The notes: generated by a model not told the origin, from the letters alone. Shown: positions 15,709-24,802, numbered from the stretch's first letter. The stretch: 31,447 bases of DNA from Halalkalibacterium halodurans (GCF_004376175.1 NZ_SNUY01000042.1:4092-35538); one strand, 5' to 3'. Numbers and translations are program-made.

Positions 15709-15763
15709 GGAGCGGAAGAGCGAGCTGACGCCGAGATTCGCCGTCCATTGCACCCGCGTGAAT
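15709..15763 (+). repeat. Direct repeat copy A (49-bp exact core GGAGCGGAAGAGCGAGCTGACGCCGAGATTCGCCGTCCATTGCACCCGC)
   Basis: The 49-bp core is identical to 15878..15926, and similarity continues with a few mismatches (..GAAT.GAAC). It contains the hairpins GCTCTT/AAGAGC and GACGCCGA-GAT-TCGCCGTC. Confidence 0.9.
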
Positions 15764-15847
15764 AGAACAGCAAAAATCCTCGAGGTTCAATGAGGAGGAC
15801 AGCAAGGGGCAAGAAGGACAAGGAAGCGAAGTGAGGAGCACCGGAGG

Positions 15848-15889
15848 GGTACGTGAGGAGCGGAAGAGGGTACGTGAGGAGCGGAAGAG
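15848..15889 (+). repeat. Exact tandem duplication, 2 x 21 bp (GGTACGTGAGGAGCGGAAGAG)
   Basis: 15848..15868 equals 15869..15889. A third partial unit (GTGAGGAGC) lies at 15831..15839. The second unit runs into repeat copy B. Confidence 0.9.
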
Positions 15890-15932
15890 CGAGCTGACGC
15901 CGAGATTCGCCGTCCATTGCACCCGCACGAAT
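15878..15932 (+). repeat. Direct repeat copy B
   Basis: 15878..15926 is identical to 15709..15757. It ends about 30 nt before the xerD SD. Confidence 0.9.
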
Positions 15933-15962
15933 TGAACTTCCTTACATAAAGGGGAGAGGTTG

Positions 15963-16862
15963 ATGGAAACCGTCAACAACAACATACAACAATTTCTTCA
16001 CTTTCAAAAAGTTGAAAGAGGATTGTCCAATAACACGATTCAGTCTTATGGCCGGGATTTAAAGCAGTACATACAGTATGTAGAGCGTGTGGAAGAAATC
16101 CGTTCAGTCCGTAACATTACGAGGGAGACCATTCTACACTACCTTTATCATTTACGCGAGCAAGGGAGGGCAGAAACGTCAATTGCCCGTGCGGTTGCGG
16201 CGATCCGTTCATTCCATCAGTTTTTGTTGCGGGAAAAATTGTCAGACTCAGATCCGACCGTTCACGTGGAGATCCCAAAAGCGACGAAACGTCTACCGAA
16301 AGCGTTAACAATTGAAGAAGTGGAGGCTCTTTTAAATTCCCCTCAAGGCCGTGATCCGTTCGCCCTGAGAAACAAAGCGATGTTGGAGTTACTGTACGCA
16401 ACAGGAATGCGTGTATCGGAGTTAATTGGTTTGACGTTAAGTGATATTCATTTATCGATGGGGTTTGTTCGCTGCCTCGGGAAAGGCAACAAGGAACGAA
16501 TCATTCCGATTGGACAAGTGGCTACTGAAGCCGTGGAGTCGTATTTAGCCAACGGGCGCGGTAAATTAATGAAAAAACAATCGCACGATCATGTGTTTGT
16601 TAATCATCATGGTCGCCCTCTCAGTCGGCAAGGGTTTTGGAAAATGTTAAAGCAGCTAGCAAAGAACGTGAACATTGATAAGCCGCTGACGCCTCATACA
16701 TTGCGTCACTCATTCGCGACCCACTTGCTTGAAAATGGTGCCGATTTACGAGCGGTTCAAGAAATGCTTGGTCATGCTGATATTTCAACAACCCAGATTT
16801 ATACCCATGTAACAAAAACGAGAATGCGTGATGTGTACGCTCATTTTCATCCAAGGGCGTAG
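15963..16862 (+). CDS. xerD: Tyrosine recombinase XerD (RipX)
   Basis: About 299 aa with an N-terminal SAM-like domain and the catalytic region ...ATGMRVSEL...[39 protein letters not shown] (R-H-R-Y). I prefer the ATG at 15963 to the adjacent TTG at 15960. Confidence 0.95.
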   Translation: METVNNNIQQFLHFQKVERGLSNNTIQSYGRDLKQYIQYVERVEEIRSVRNITRETILHYLYHLREQGRAETSIARAVAAIRSFHQFLLREKLSDSDPTVHVEIPKATKRLPKALTIEEVEALLNSPQGRDPFALRNKAMLELLYATGMRVSELIGLTLSDIHLSMGFVRCLGKGNKERIIPIGQVATEAVESYLANGRGKLMKKQSHDHVFVNHHGRPLSRQGFWKMLKQLAKNVNIDKPLTPHTLRHSFATHLLENGADLRAVQEMLGHADISTTQIYTHVTKTRMRDVYAHFHPRA

Positions 16863-16969
16863 CATCTTTGTTCTGTAAAGAGGTCAGACTTCTGACATCT
16901 CTGAAAAAAGCTCATTTTAGTGAAATAAGGGAAAAGTATAGTGAATGTGTTTCTAGGAGGCGACAAATC

Positions 16970-18151
16970 GTGGACGTAAAGCGATTTAAACGAGTATTTT
17001 TAATTGTGATGGATTCGGTTGGAATTGGCGAAGCGCCAGATGCTAAAGCATTTGGTGATCAGGGAGCCCATACTTTAGGTCATATTGCAGAGCGAATGAA
17101 TGGACTACATATGCCAAACATGGCGGCGCTTGGCTTAAGCCATATCCGCCCGATCCAAGGAATCGAAAAAGTAGACAAGCCAAAAGCTCATTACGGGATT
17201 ATGCAAGAAATTTCTAGCGGGAAAGATACGATGACTGGTCATTGGGAGATCATGGGGCTCCACATCCGTGAGCCATTTCGTGTGTTTCCAAACGGTTTTC
17301 CGGAAGAGCTGTTAAACGAAATTCGTGAGCTGACAGGACGAGAGATCTTGGGGAATAAAGTAGCGTCAGGAACGGAGATCATCAAAGAGCTTGGCGATGA
17401 ACATGTAAAAACGGGAGCGCTTATCGTCTATACATCAGCTGACTCTGTACTGCAAATTGCTGCACATGAAGAGGTCGTTCCTCTTGAGGAGTTATATGAC
17501 ATTTGTAAAAAGGTAAGAGCGCTCACCCTTGATCCTAAATATATGGTTGGCCGAATTATTGCCCGTCCATTTATCGGTGCTGATGGAAACTGGGAACGCA
17601 CATCGAACCGGCATGACTATGCCCTAAAGCCATTTGGTCGCACGGTCATGAATGAGTTAAAAGATGCGGGCTTTGATTCGATTGCAATCGGAAAGATCTC
17701 GGATATTTATGATGGCGAAGGGGTAACCGAATCGATTCGTACGATTTCTAACGATGATGGGATGGAAAAGCTTGTCCGGTCGATGGATCAATCATTTACA
17801 GGTTTAAGCTTCATAAACCTTGTTGATTTCGATGCCAAATACGGTCATCGTCGTGATCCAATCGGTTATGGCCAAGCGCTTGAACAATTTGATCAACAGC
17901 TTGCTGATGTTGTTGATAAAATAGGGGAAGAGGATGTGCTGATCATTACAGCTGATCACGGAAATGATCCAGTTCATCACGGAACGGATCATACACGGGA
18001 GTTTGTTCCGCTTCTCGTGTATACGAGAGGAATTAAAGAAGGAAAAGATTTAGGATTGCGTAAGACGTTCGCCGATGTCGGTGCAACGATTGCGGATAAT
18101 TTTCAAGTAGAGGCGCCATCTATCGGCACAAGCTTTTTACATGAACTTTAA
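16970..18151 (+). CDS. deoB: Phosphopentomutase
   Basis: GTG at 16970, 9 nt after AGGAGG, gives [25 protein letters not shown]..., collinear with B. subtilis Drm. The listed TTG start at 16868 adds 34 non-homologous residues. Metal-binding motifs MDSVGIG and TADHGNDP are present. Confidence 0.95.
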   Translation: MDVKRFKRVFLIVMDSVGIGEAPDAKAFGDQGAHTLGHIAERMNGLHMPNMAALGLSHIRPIQGIEKVDKPKAHYGIMQEISSGKDTMTGHWEIMGLHIREPFRVFPNGFPEELLNEIRELTGREILGNKVASGTEIIKELGDEHVKTGALIVYTSADSVLQIAAHEEVVPLEELYDICKKVRALTLDPKYMVGRIIARPFIGADGNWERTSNRHDYALKPFGRTVMNELKDAGFDSIAIGKISDIYDGEGVTESIRTISNDDGMEKLVRSMDQSFTGLSFINLVDFDAKYGHRRDPIGYGQALEQFDQQLADVVDKIGEEDVLIITADHGNDPVHHGTDHTREFVPLLVYTRGIKEGKDLGLRKTFADVGATIADNFQVEAPSIGTSFLHEL

Positions 18152-18166
18152 GGGGGAACTGCCATT

Positions 18167-18985
18167 ATGCTTAACGTAACTAAATTGCAAGAAGCGACTA
18201 CATTTATTCAACAGCAAATAGAAACAAAACCAACGATCGGTTTAATTTTAGGTTCTGGTTTAGGGATTTTAGCTGATGAGATCGAACAGCCGGTGAAAGT
18301 TCCTTACAGTGACATTCCTTATTTTCCTGTCTCTACCGTCCAAGGACATGCGGGACAGCTTGTGATCGGCATGCTTGAAGGAAAGCAAGTGATTGCGATG
18401 CAAGGGCGATTTCATTTTTATGAAGGCTACAGCCTTGAGGTTGTCACATTCCCTGTCCGCGTCATGAAAGCTCTAGGTGTAGAACAAATCATTGTCACAA
18501 ATGCAGCGGGCGGTGTGAACGAATCGTTCGAAGCGGGTGATCTAATGATCATTCGCGACCATATTAACAACATGGCACAAAACCCACTAATTGGACCGAA
18601 TGATGAGGCGTTCGGCGTACGTTTTCCGGATATGTCAAATGCCTACTCTGAGCGCTTACGAACGTTAGCGAAGGAAAAGGGAAACACGTTGAATCTCAAG
18701 CTACAGGAAGGGGTCTATGTTGCGAACACAGGTCCTGTTTATGAAACCCCTGCTGAAGTGCGGATGATTCGAAAACTTGGCGGAGATGCTGTAGGTATGT
18801 CAACCGTACCAGAAGTCATTGTCGCTCGTCATGCAGGACTTGAGGTTCTTGGAATTTCATGTATTTCTAACATGGCGGCAGGAATTTTACCACAGCCTTT
18901 ATCACATGATGAAGTCATTGAAACAACGGAACGAGTGAGGCAAGACTTTCTTAATCTTGTCAAAGCAATCGTCAAAGACATGTAA
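18167..18985 (+). CDS. punA: Purine nucleoside phosphorylase, trimeric PunA/PNP-I type (6-oxopurine signature)
   Basis: 272 aa with GSGLG, GRFHFYEGY, TNAAGG and GMSTVPEV. The base-contacting residues are canonical: Glu193 (VYETPAE) and Asn235 (ISCISNMAAG). Confidence 0.9.
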   Translation: MLNVTKLQEATTFIQQQIETKPTIGLILGSGLGILADEIEQPVKVPYSDIPYFPVSTVQGHAGQLVIGMLEGKQVIAMQGRFHFYEGYSLEVVTFPVRVMKALGVEQIIVTNAAGGVNESFEAGDLMIIRDHINNMAQNPLIGPNDEAFGVRFPDMSNAYSERLRTLAKEKGNTLNLKLQEGVYVANTGPVYETPAEVRMIRKLGGDAVGMSTVPEVIVARHAGLEVLGISCISNMAAGILPQPLSHDEVIETTERVRQDFLNLVKAIVKDM

Positions 18986-19003
18986 TCAAAGGAGAGGACT
19001 ACG

Positions 19004-19831
19004 ATGGAAAACATTCGTGAAAAGGTAAAGCAATCAGCTGAATATTTACTTGGGAAAATTAAAAATAAGCCAGCAATTGGCCTTATTTTAGGGTCAGGGC
19101 TCGGGGAACTTGCCAATGAAATTGAAGAAGCGGTTCACATTCCGTATGAACAGATTCCAAACTTTCCTGTCTCCACGGTAGAAGGGCATGCAGGGCAGCT
19201 TGTCATTGGGACATTGCACGGAAAAAACGTTGTCGCGATGCAAGGACGGTTCCATTATTATGAAGGTTATACGATGCAGGAAGTCACGTTCCCTGTCCGT
19301 GTGATGAAAGAAATTGGCGTTGAACTGATTGTCGTGACAAACGCATGCGGTGGCATGAACAAAAATTTCGCGCCTGGTGACTTAATGATTATTACCGACC
19401 ATTTAAATATGACAGGGGATAATCCACTGATTGGTCCAAATGTAGAAGAGTGGGGGCCGCGCTTCCCTGATATGAGCCATGCGTATACCCCAGAGCTTGT
19501 CGAGTTTGTAGAAGAGACGGCGAACCGTTTGGACATTAAGGTGCAAAAAGGGGTGTATGCTGGAATTACTGGGCCAACGTATATGACAGGTGCAGAGCTC
19601 ATCATGCTCCGCAATCTTGGCGGAGATGTTATCGGTATGTCAACCGTGCCGGAAGTGATCGTTGCTCGTCATGCTGGCATGAAAGTCATTGGAATTTCAT
19701 GCATTACCGATATGGCGATTGGGGAAGAAATTGCAGGGATTACCCACGAAGAAGTTGTGGCTGTTGCCAATAAGACAAAACCGAAGTTCATTAAGCTTGT
19801 GAAAGAAATCGTCGCAAACGTCAACGTATAA
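19004..19831 (+). CDS. Second PunA-type nucleoside phosphorylase paralogue with altered base-binding residues
   Basis: 275 aa with the same phosphate and ribose motifs (GSGLG, GRFHYYEGY, TNACGG, GMSTVPEV). It has Met194 in place of the Glu (TYMTGAE) and Asp236 in place of the Asn (ISCITDMAIG). It starts 18 nt after punA with its own SD AAAGGAGAGG. Confidence 0.9.
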   Translation: MENIREKVKQSAEYLLGKIKNKPAIGLILGSGLGELANEIEEAVHIPYEQIPNFPVSTVEGHAGQLVIGTLHGKNVVAMQGRFHYYEGYTMQEVTFPVRVMKEIGVELIVVTNACGGMNKNFAPGDLMIITDHLNMTGDNPLIGPNVEEWGPRFPDMSHAYTPELVEFVEETANRLDIKVQKGVYAGITGPTYMTGAELIMLRNLGGDVIGMSTVPEVIVARHAGMKVIGISCITDMAIGEEIAGITHEEVVAVANKTKPKFIKLVKEIVANVNV

Positions 19832-20002
19832 AGTAAAGCATCATTCAGTGGTTGCTGAATGATAATCTAGTTAGTCCCAAAAACGTTGTGAGGTCAAGCA
19901 ACAGGTGATCTAATTTGTAGCCATCATCGTTTACTTTAGCGCCTCAAGCCCTGGGAGTGAGTAGTAGGACCAGTTAAACGGGATAAAAGGATGTGATCAA
20001 AG

Positions 20003-21304
20003 ATGCGCATGGTTGACTTAATCGAAAAAAAGCGTGACGGTCTCGCATTAACGAAAGAAGAGATTGATTTTATCATTTCAGGCTATACGAACGGTGATAT
20101 TCCCGACTATCAAATGTCGGCGTTTGCGATGGCGATTTTCTTTCAAGATATGACAGCAGATGAACGAGCGTATTTGACGATGGCAATGGCTGAATCAGGC
20201 GATCAAATCGACCTCTCTGGCATTGAAGGTGTTAAGGTTGATAAACATTCCACAGGAGGCGTTGGCGATAAGACGACGATTGCCCTTGCTCCCCTCGTGG
20301 CATCGGTTGGTGTTCCTGTTGCCAAAATGTCTGGAAGGGGGCTCGGGCATACAGGTGGAACGATTGACAAGCTAGAGTCGATCGCAGGTTTTAACGTGGA
20401 AATTCCGACGGAGCGCTTTCTTGAGCTTGTGAACAAAAACAAGCTTGCCGTCGTTGGGCAAACAGCGAATTTAACCCCTGCCGATAAAAAGTTGTACGGC
20501 CTTCGCGATGTGACCGCAACGGTGAATTCGATTCCGCTCATTGCCAGCTCGATCATGAGCAAAAAAATAGCTTCAGGCGCTAACGCCATCGTTCTCGATG
20601 TAAAAACAGGGTCAGGGGCGTTTATGAAAGAGCTTGAGCAATCAAAAGAGCTTGCCGAAGCGATGGTGGAAATCGGCAACAACCTTGGAAGGCAAACAAT
20701 GGCGGTTATTTCTGATATGAATCAGCCGCTTGGATGGGCTGTTGGAAATGCCCTTGAAGTGAAGGAAGCAATTGATATGCTTCGGGGCGAGGGACCAGAT
20801 GATTTGCGCGAGCTTTGTTTAACCCTTGGTAGCCATATGGTCTTTTTAGCGAAACAAGCTACTTCCGTGGCAGACGCCCGTCAAAAGCTAGAGGAAGCGA
20901 TTTCCTCTGGTAAAGCACTGGACACACTAAAAACGTTCATTAGTGCGCAAAACGGTGATCCATCTGTAGTAGACAATCCGCAGCTTCTTCCAACTGCCCA
21001 ATTCCAAATAGAAGTAAAGGCAGAGGAAAATGGACATGTAGCGTCGATTGTTGCTGACCGTATTGGTACTGCAGCGATGGTTCTCGGAGCTGGACGAGCA
21101 ACGAAGGAATCGGACATTGATTTGTCTGTTGGAATCGTTCTGAAGAAGAAAATGGGTGAGTCGGTGCAAGCAGGTGAAACGCTTGCGATTCTTCATGCAA
21201 ACAAAGAGGATGTCCAAGAAGTGATCGATAGGGTGATTAAAGCCTATCACATCTCTCCTGATCCTGTCGCAAAGCCAACGCTCATTTACGAGGAGATTCA
21301 TTAA
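20003..21304 (+). CDS. pdp: Pyrimidine-nucleoside phosphorylase
   Basis: 433 aa. The N-terminus [18 protein letters not shown]...[19 protein letters not shown] and the motifs [11 protein letters not shown] and [11 protein letters not shown] are diagnostic. Confidence 0.95.
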   Translation: MRMVDLIEKKRDGLALTKEEIDFIISGYTNGDIPDYQMSAFAMAIFFQDMTADERAYLTMAMAESGDQIDLSGIEGVKVDKHSTGGVGDKTTIALAPLVASVGVPVAKMSGRGLGHTGGTIDKLESIAGFNVEIPTERFLELVNKNKLAVVGQTANLTPADKKLYGLRDVTATVNSIPLIASSIMSKKIASGANAIVLDVKTGSGAFMKELEQSKELAEAMVEIGNNLGRQTMAVISDMNQPLGWAVGNALEVKEAIDMLRGEGPDDLRELCLTLGSHMVFLAKQATSVADARQKLEEAISSGKALDTLKTFISAQNGDPSVVDNPQLLPTAQFQIEVKAEENGHVASIVADRIGTAAMVLGAGRATKESDIDLSVGIVLKKKMGESVQAGETLAILHANKEDVQEVIDRVIKAYHISPDPVAKPTLIYEEIH

Positions 21305-21305
21305 C

Positions 21306-21722
21306 ATGACACGATTACCTGACATTAAAAAAGAGGTGCGCTTCAACGCCCCGATCGAAAAAGTGTGGGAAGCGGTTAGTACATCGGAAGGATTAGCCTC
21401 TTGGTTCATGGAAAATGATTTGAAAGCAGAGACTGGGCATCATTTTCACCTCCAATCTCCTTTTGGTCCTTCTCCGTGTCAAGTGACAGACGTTGAGCGA
21501 CCGATTAAACTATCATTTACGTGGGATACCGATGGGTGGTCGGTCACGTTCCATTTAAAAGAAGAAGAGAATGGGACAATCTTCACCCTCGTCCATAGTG
21601 GATGGAAGCAAGGGGATACGAAGGTTGAAAAAGCAGGAGCGGAAAGCGCTGTCGTTCATGAACGGATGGATCGTGGCTGGCACGACCTCGTGAACGAAAG
21701 ACTTCGGCAAATCGTTGAATAA
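21306..21722 (+). CDS. SRPBCC-superfamily protein (AHSA1/YndB-like)
   Basis: 138 aa. The segment FNAPIEKVWEAVSTSEGLASWF is typical of the AHSA1/START-like family. The ATG lies 1 nt after the pdp stop (TAACATG), which suggests translational coupling. Confidence 0.75.
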   Translation: MTRLPDIKKEVRFNAPIEKVWEAVSTSEGLASWFMENDLKAETGHHFHLQSPFGPSPCQVTDVERPIKLSFTWDTDGWSVTFHLKEEENGTIFTLVHSGWKQGDTKVEKAGAESAVVHERMDRGWHDLVNERLRQIVE

Positions 21723-21740
21723 ATAGAAGGCATACAAAAG

Positions 21741-21772
21741 TAGCAGGATAAAAAGTTCCTGCTATTTTTTTG
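21741..21772 (+). terminator. Rho-independent terminator ending the nucleoside operon
   Basis: TAGCAGGA-TAAAAAGT-TCCTGCTA followed by TTTTTTTG. Confidence 0.85.
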
Positions 21773-21797
21773 TACCTAAAATACACGCTTCCGCCAT

Positions 21798-21826
21798 GTA
21801 TAAAAAGTTCATGATAGGAAAAAATG
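21798..21826 (+). promoter_or_regulatory. Putative forespore (sigmaF-type) promoter of dacF
   Basis: GTATA (21798..21802), 14 nt, then GGAAAAAATG (21817..21826), compared with the sigmaF consensus GyATA-15-GGnnAnAnTw. B. subtilis dacF is sigmaF/G-dependent. Confidence 0.4.
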
Positions 21827-21915
21827 GGAACTATGCAACCTAGGAGTCGTATTGTTTGATTTATAAAATCAAAGCTGACTTCTTTCTATTATGATCAAGA
21901 TGGAGGCGGATGGGA

Positions 21916-23079
21916 ATGAGAGTGATTCTATCCAGTATCGTAAGTGTATGTCTCGTGGTTGGGATGATAGCACCAGTTGGGCTGGCGGCAGAGAAACAGC
22001 CTAATTTAGCGAAGGAGGCTTCGTCCGCCATTGTCATTGAACGCGATACCGGTCAAGTTTTGTTTGAGAAAAATAGCGACGAAAAACTACCTCCCGCAAG
22101 CATGACGAAAATTATGACGCTTCTCCTCATTATGGAGGCGATCGACAGCGGCAAAATTACATACGATGATATGGTTCGTACGAGCGAAAACGCTGCATCG
22201 ATGGGAGGCTCGCAAGTCTTTTTAGAGCCGGGGGAAGAGATGAGTGTCCGCGATATGATCAAGGCGATTGCGATCGCTTCGGGAAATGATGCGTCCGTGG
22301 CAATGGCTGAACATTTAGCAGGAACCGAAGAAGAATTCGTCGGGATGATGAACGAAAAAGCAAGACAGCTAGGATTGAAAAATACGAATTTCGTCAATAC
22401 GAATGGGCTTCCTGAAAAAGATCATTATACGAGTGCCTATGATTTGGCGATGATCTCAAAAGAGTTGTTAAAGTATGAAGACATAACCGAGTTCACAAGC
22501 GTTTACGAAGACTATCTTCGCAAAGGAACAGATAAAGAATTTTGGCTCGTGAATACGAACCGTCTCGTGAAGTTTTATCCAGGTGTGGATGGCTTAAAGA
22601 CAGGCTTTACAAAAGAGGCGAAATATTGTTTGACAGCAACAGCTGTCAAAAACGGGATGAGGGTCATTACCGTTGTTATGGGAGCTCCGACGCCAAAGGA
22701 AAGAAATAGTCAGATTACTGAAATGCTCGATTTTGCGTTTAGTCAGTATCAAACTCATCAAGTGTATGAGCGCGATACGTACATGATGGATTTGAATGTG
22801 AGAAAAGGGAATAAAAAGTCCGTTCCGATTTTTACTTCCGAATCCGTTTCCCTTGTGACGAAAAAAGGAGAGTCAATCGACAATGTGACCGAGCGAGTGG
22901 AATGGAAGGAATCATTGCTAGCTCCGGTACACAAAGGGGATGTGGTCGGAACGCTGTACCTTGAACGAGATGGGGAAATCTTGTCGGAAACCCCACTGAT
23001 CGCAGGCGATGATGTAGCATCTGCTTCTTTCTGGCAAATGTTCAAACGAATCGTTGGGAAATTTGGCGGCACTTCCTAA
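21916..23079 (+). CDS. dacF: Sporulation D-alanyl-D-alanine carboxypeptidase (PBP5-class)
   Basis: Signal peptide, SMTKIMT (SxxK), SGN and KTGFT motifs. It lies directly upstream of spoIIAA, as in B. subtilis. I prefer the ATG at 21916 (GGAGG plus 9 nt) to 21910. Confidence 0.9.
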   Translation: MRVILSSIVSVCLVVGMIAPVGLAAEKQPNLAKEASSAIVIERDTGQVLFEKNSDEKLPPASMTKIMTLLLIMEAIDSGKITYDDMVRTSENAASMGGSQVFLEPGEEMSVRDMIKAIAIASGNDASVAMAEHLAGTEEEFVGMMNEKARQLGLKNTNFVNTNGLPEKDHYTSAYDLAMISKELLKYEDITEFTSVYEDYLRKGTDKEFWLVNTNRLVKFYPGVDGLKTGFTKEAKYCLTATAVKNGMRVITVVMGAPTPKERNSQITEMLDFAFSQYQTHQVYERDTYMMDLNVRKGNKKSVPIFTSESVSLVTKKGESIDNVTERVEWKESLLAPVHKGDVVGTLYLERDGEILSETPLIAGDDVASASFWQMFKRIVGKFGGTS

Positions 23080-23221
23080 CGAATGATGAGACGTTTTTTC
23101 GATTTGCCACTAGTTTTGTCACCTAGCAGGGATCATGCGTCCATAAACCGAAACTCTTTGTAGTCGAATCGGGGAGAGAGGAGCTCTTCGCCGATGATGA
23201 ATGCTAGAAGGAGTGAATCGA

Positions 23222-23572
23222 ATGAGTTTGGACGTAAAGTTAGAGCAAAAGGATACGGTTCTACTCGTACGCTTGATCGGGGAGTTGGATCACCATACGG
23301 CGGAGCAATTAAAAAGACAGGTCGAAGAGGTGTTAAGTCAAGGCGTAGTAAAGCATATTGTGCTAAACCTACAGCAACTGGAGTTTATGGATAGCTCAGG
23401 GCTTGGGGTCATTTTAGGACGATACAAACAAGTGAAAAACAGCGGAGGTGAAATGGTGGTTTGCGCCATTTCTCCCACAGTAAAACGGTTGTTTGAAATG
23501 TCAGGTTTGTTTAAAATCATTCGTCTTGAAGAAAATGAGCAATTCGCATTACAAACGCTGGGGGTGGCTTAA
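23222..23572 (+). CDS. spoIIAA: Anti-anti-sigma F factor SpoIIAA (STAS domain)
   Basis: 116 aa from the ATG at 23222 (AAGGAGTG plus 6 nt). The sequence [27 protein letters not shown]... includes the phosphorylatable Ser context [12 protein letters not shown]. Confidence 0.95.
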   Translation: MSLDVKLEQKDTVLLVRLIGELDHHTAEQLKRQVEEVLSQGVVKHIVLNLQQLEFMDSSGLGVILGRYKQVKNSGGEMVVCAISPTVKRLFEMSGLFKIIRLEENEQFALQTLGVA

Positions 23573-23573
23573 C

Positions 23574-24014
23574 ATGCGGAATGAAATGAATTTGTCTTTT
23601 TCAGCACAAAGTCAAAATGAATCGTTTGCCAGAGTGACGGTCGGCGCCTTTATTGCTCAGCTTGATCCGACGATGGATGAAATGACGGAGATCAAAACGG
23701 TTGTCTCAGAGGCAGTAACCAATGCGATTATCCATGGCTACCAAGGACAGCCAGACGGTGTTGTCTACATTCATGCCTCCATTGACCAAGGTGTGTTTGA
23801 GTTAACGATTCGCGACGAGGGAATGGGGATTTCAGATGTGGAAGAAGCGCGTCAACCGCTTTACACGACAAAACCTGAATTAGAACGATCTGGGATGGGA
23901 TTTACGATCATGGAAAACTTCATGGATGAAGTGAAAGTAGTCTCAGAACCGATGATAGGCACAACGGTTTTTTTGAAAAAGCATTTAACCAAAAGCAAAG
24001 CGATTTGCAATTAA
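23574..24014 (+). CDS. spoIIAB: Anti-sigma F factor / serine kinase SpoIIAB
   Basis: 146 aa from the ATG at 23574, 1 nt after the spoIIAA stop. It has an HATPase_c N-box ([11 protein letters not shown]) and G-boxes (DEGMGI, GMGFT). Confidence 0.95.
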   Translation: MRNEMNLSFSAQSQNESFARVTVGAFIAQLDPTMDEMTEIKTVVSEAVTNAIIHGYQGQPDGVVYIHASIDQGVFELTIRDEGMGISDVEEARQPLYTTKPELERSGMGFTIMENFMDEVKVVSEPMIGTTVFLKKHLTKSKAICN

Positions 24015-24027
24015 GGGGTTTTGCCTA

Positions 24028-24786
24028 ATGGATGTAGAGGTAAAACAGAACGAAAAAGAGCAGCCGTTTACAGACGAGGAAATTAAGCAGCTCATTGCGC
24101 AAAGTCAAGCAGGAGACCAAGAGGCGAGAGATCAAATCGTCAGTCGTAACACTCGCCTCGTATGGTCTGTCGTGCAACGATTCTTAAATCGCGGGTATGA
24201 AGCAGACGACCTGTTTCAAATTGGTTGCATTGGCTTGATTAAATCAGTGGATAAATTCGATTTGTCGTACGATGTCAAGTTTTCCACCTATGCGGTGCCA
24301 ATGATCATCGGTGAAATCCAACGATTCCTTCGCGATGATGGTACGGTAAAGGTAAGTCGCTCCATTAAGGAGCTTGGCAATAAAATTCGGAAGCTCAAGG
24401 ATGATATGACGAAGACGCTCGGTCGGACGCCGACGGTGAATGAAATTGCGGAGCAGTTAGAAATTACGCCAGAAGAAGTCGTCTTTGCCGGGGATGCAAG
24501 TCGCTCGCTAAGTTCCATCCATGAGACTGTCTATGAAAATGACGGCGATCCCATTACCCTTTTGGATCAATTGGAAGATCAAAGCGAGACGAGATGGTTT
24601 GATAAGATCGCCTTAAAAGAAGCGATTCATAACTTAGAGGAACGAGAGCGGTTGATCGTTTATTTACGTTATTATAAAGATCAAACCCAATCCGAGGTCG
24701 CGCAAAGACTCGGAATCTCCCAAGTACAAGTATCGAGACTTGAAAAGAAAATCCTTGAAACGATGAAAGCGAATATAGCTGAATAG
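24028..24786 (+). CDS. sigF: RNA polymerase sporulation sigma factor F
   Basis: 252 aa, sigma-70 group 3. Region 2 is DLFQIGCIGLIKSVDKFD...FSTYAVPMIIGEI and region 4 is SQSEVAQRLGISQVQVSRLE. Synteny with spoIIAA/AB supports the call. Confidence 0.95.
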   Translation: MDVEVKQNEKEQPFTDEEIKQLIAQSQAGDQEARDQIVSRNTRLVWSVVQRFLNRGYEADDLFQIGCIGLIKSVDKFDLSYDVKFSTYAVPMIIGEIQRFLRDDGTVKVSRSIKELGNKIRKLKDDMTKTLGRTPTVNEIAEQLEITPEEVVFAGDASRSLSSIHETVYENDGDPITLLDQLEDQSETRWFDKIALKEAIHNLEERERLIVYLRYYKDQTQSEVAQRLGISQVQVSRLEKKILETMKANIAE

Positions 24787-24802
24787 GTTGTCCTCCTTTT
24801 TT

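Noticed and set aside
15848-15932. Possibility that the short repeats are a CRISPR array
   Set aside because: There are only two or three directly abutting units with no unique spacers, the unit length is 21 bp, and no cas genes are present. This is a tandem duplication and not a CRISPR array.
15934-15950. dif-like sequence (ACTTCCT...TACATAA) just upstream of xerD
   Set aside because: It shares only a 7-mer with the left arm of the B. subtilis dif site and an inverted 7-mer with the right arm. The 11-6-11 architecture is absent, so this is most likely a chance match.
15657-15985. Two overlapping minus-strand ORFs (86 and 97 aa) with repeated peptide motifs (PLLTYPLPLLTYP / LFRSSRTLFRSSRT)
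   Set aside because: The internal peptide repeats are simply translations of the 21-bp tandem and 49-bp direct DNA repeats. There is no SD, both frames are open at once, and the composition is not protein-like.
16893-16910. cre-like sequence TGAAAAAAGCTCAT upstream of deoB, and CAAAAACGTTGTGA upstream of pdp (19875..19890)
   Set aside because: Both miss the central CG or the outer TG/CA positions of the cre consensus (TGWAANCGNTNWCA) at three or more sites. That is too weak to call CcpA sites.
20203-21409. Several 80-160-aa minus-strand ORFs antisense to pdp, and similar antisense ORFs within the permease, COG0523, dacF, spoVAF and PNP genes
   Set aside because: All of them lie fully inside strongly supported genes on the opposite strand, lack SD sequences and have biased low-complexity composition. 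They are typical shadow ORFs.
23080-23221. sigmaH promoter expected upstream of spoIIAA
   Set aside because: Only partial matches are present: AGGGAT with GAAA at an off-by-one spacing, and a GTCGAAT -10-like element with no matching -35 element. I could not place a convincing promoter, so expression may rely on read-through from dacF or on a diverged element.
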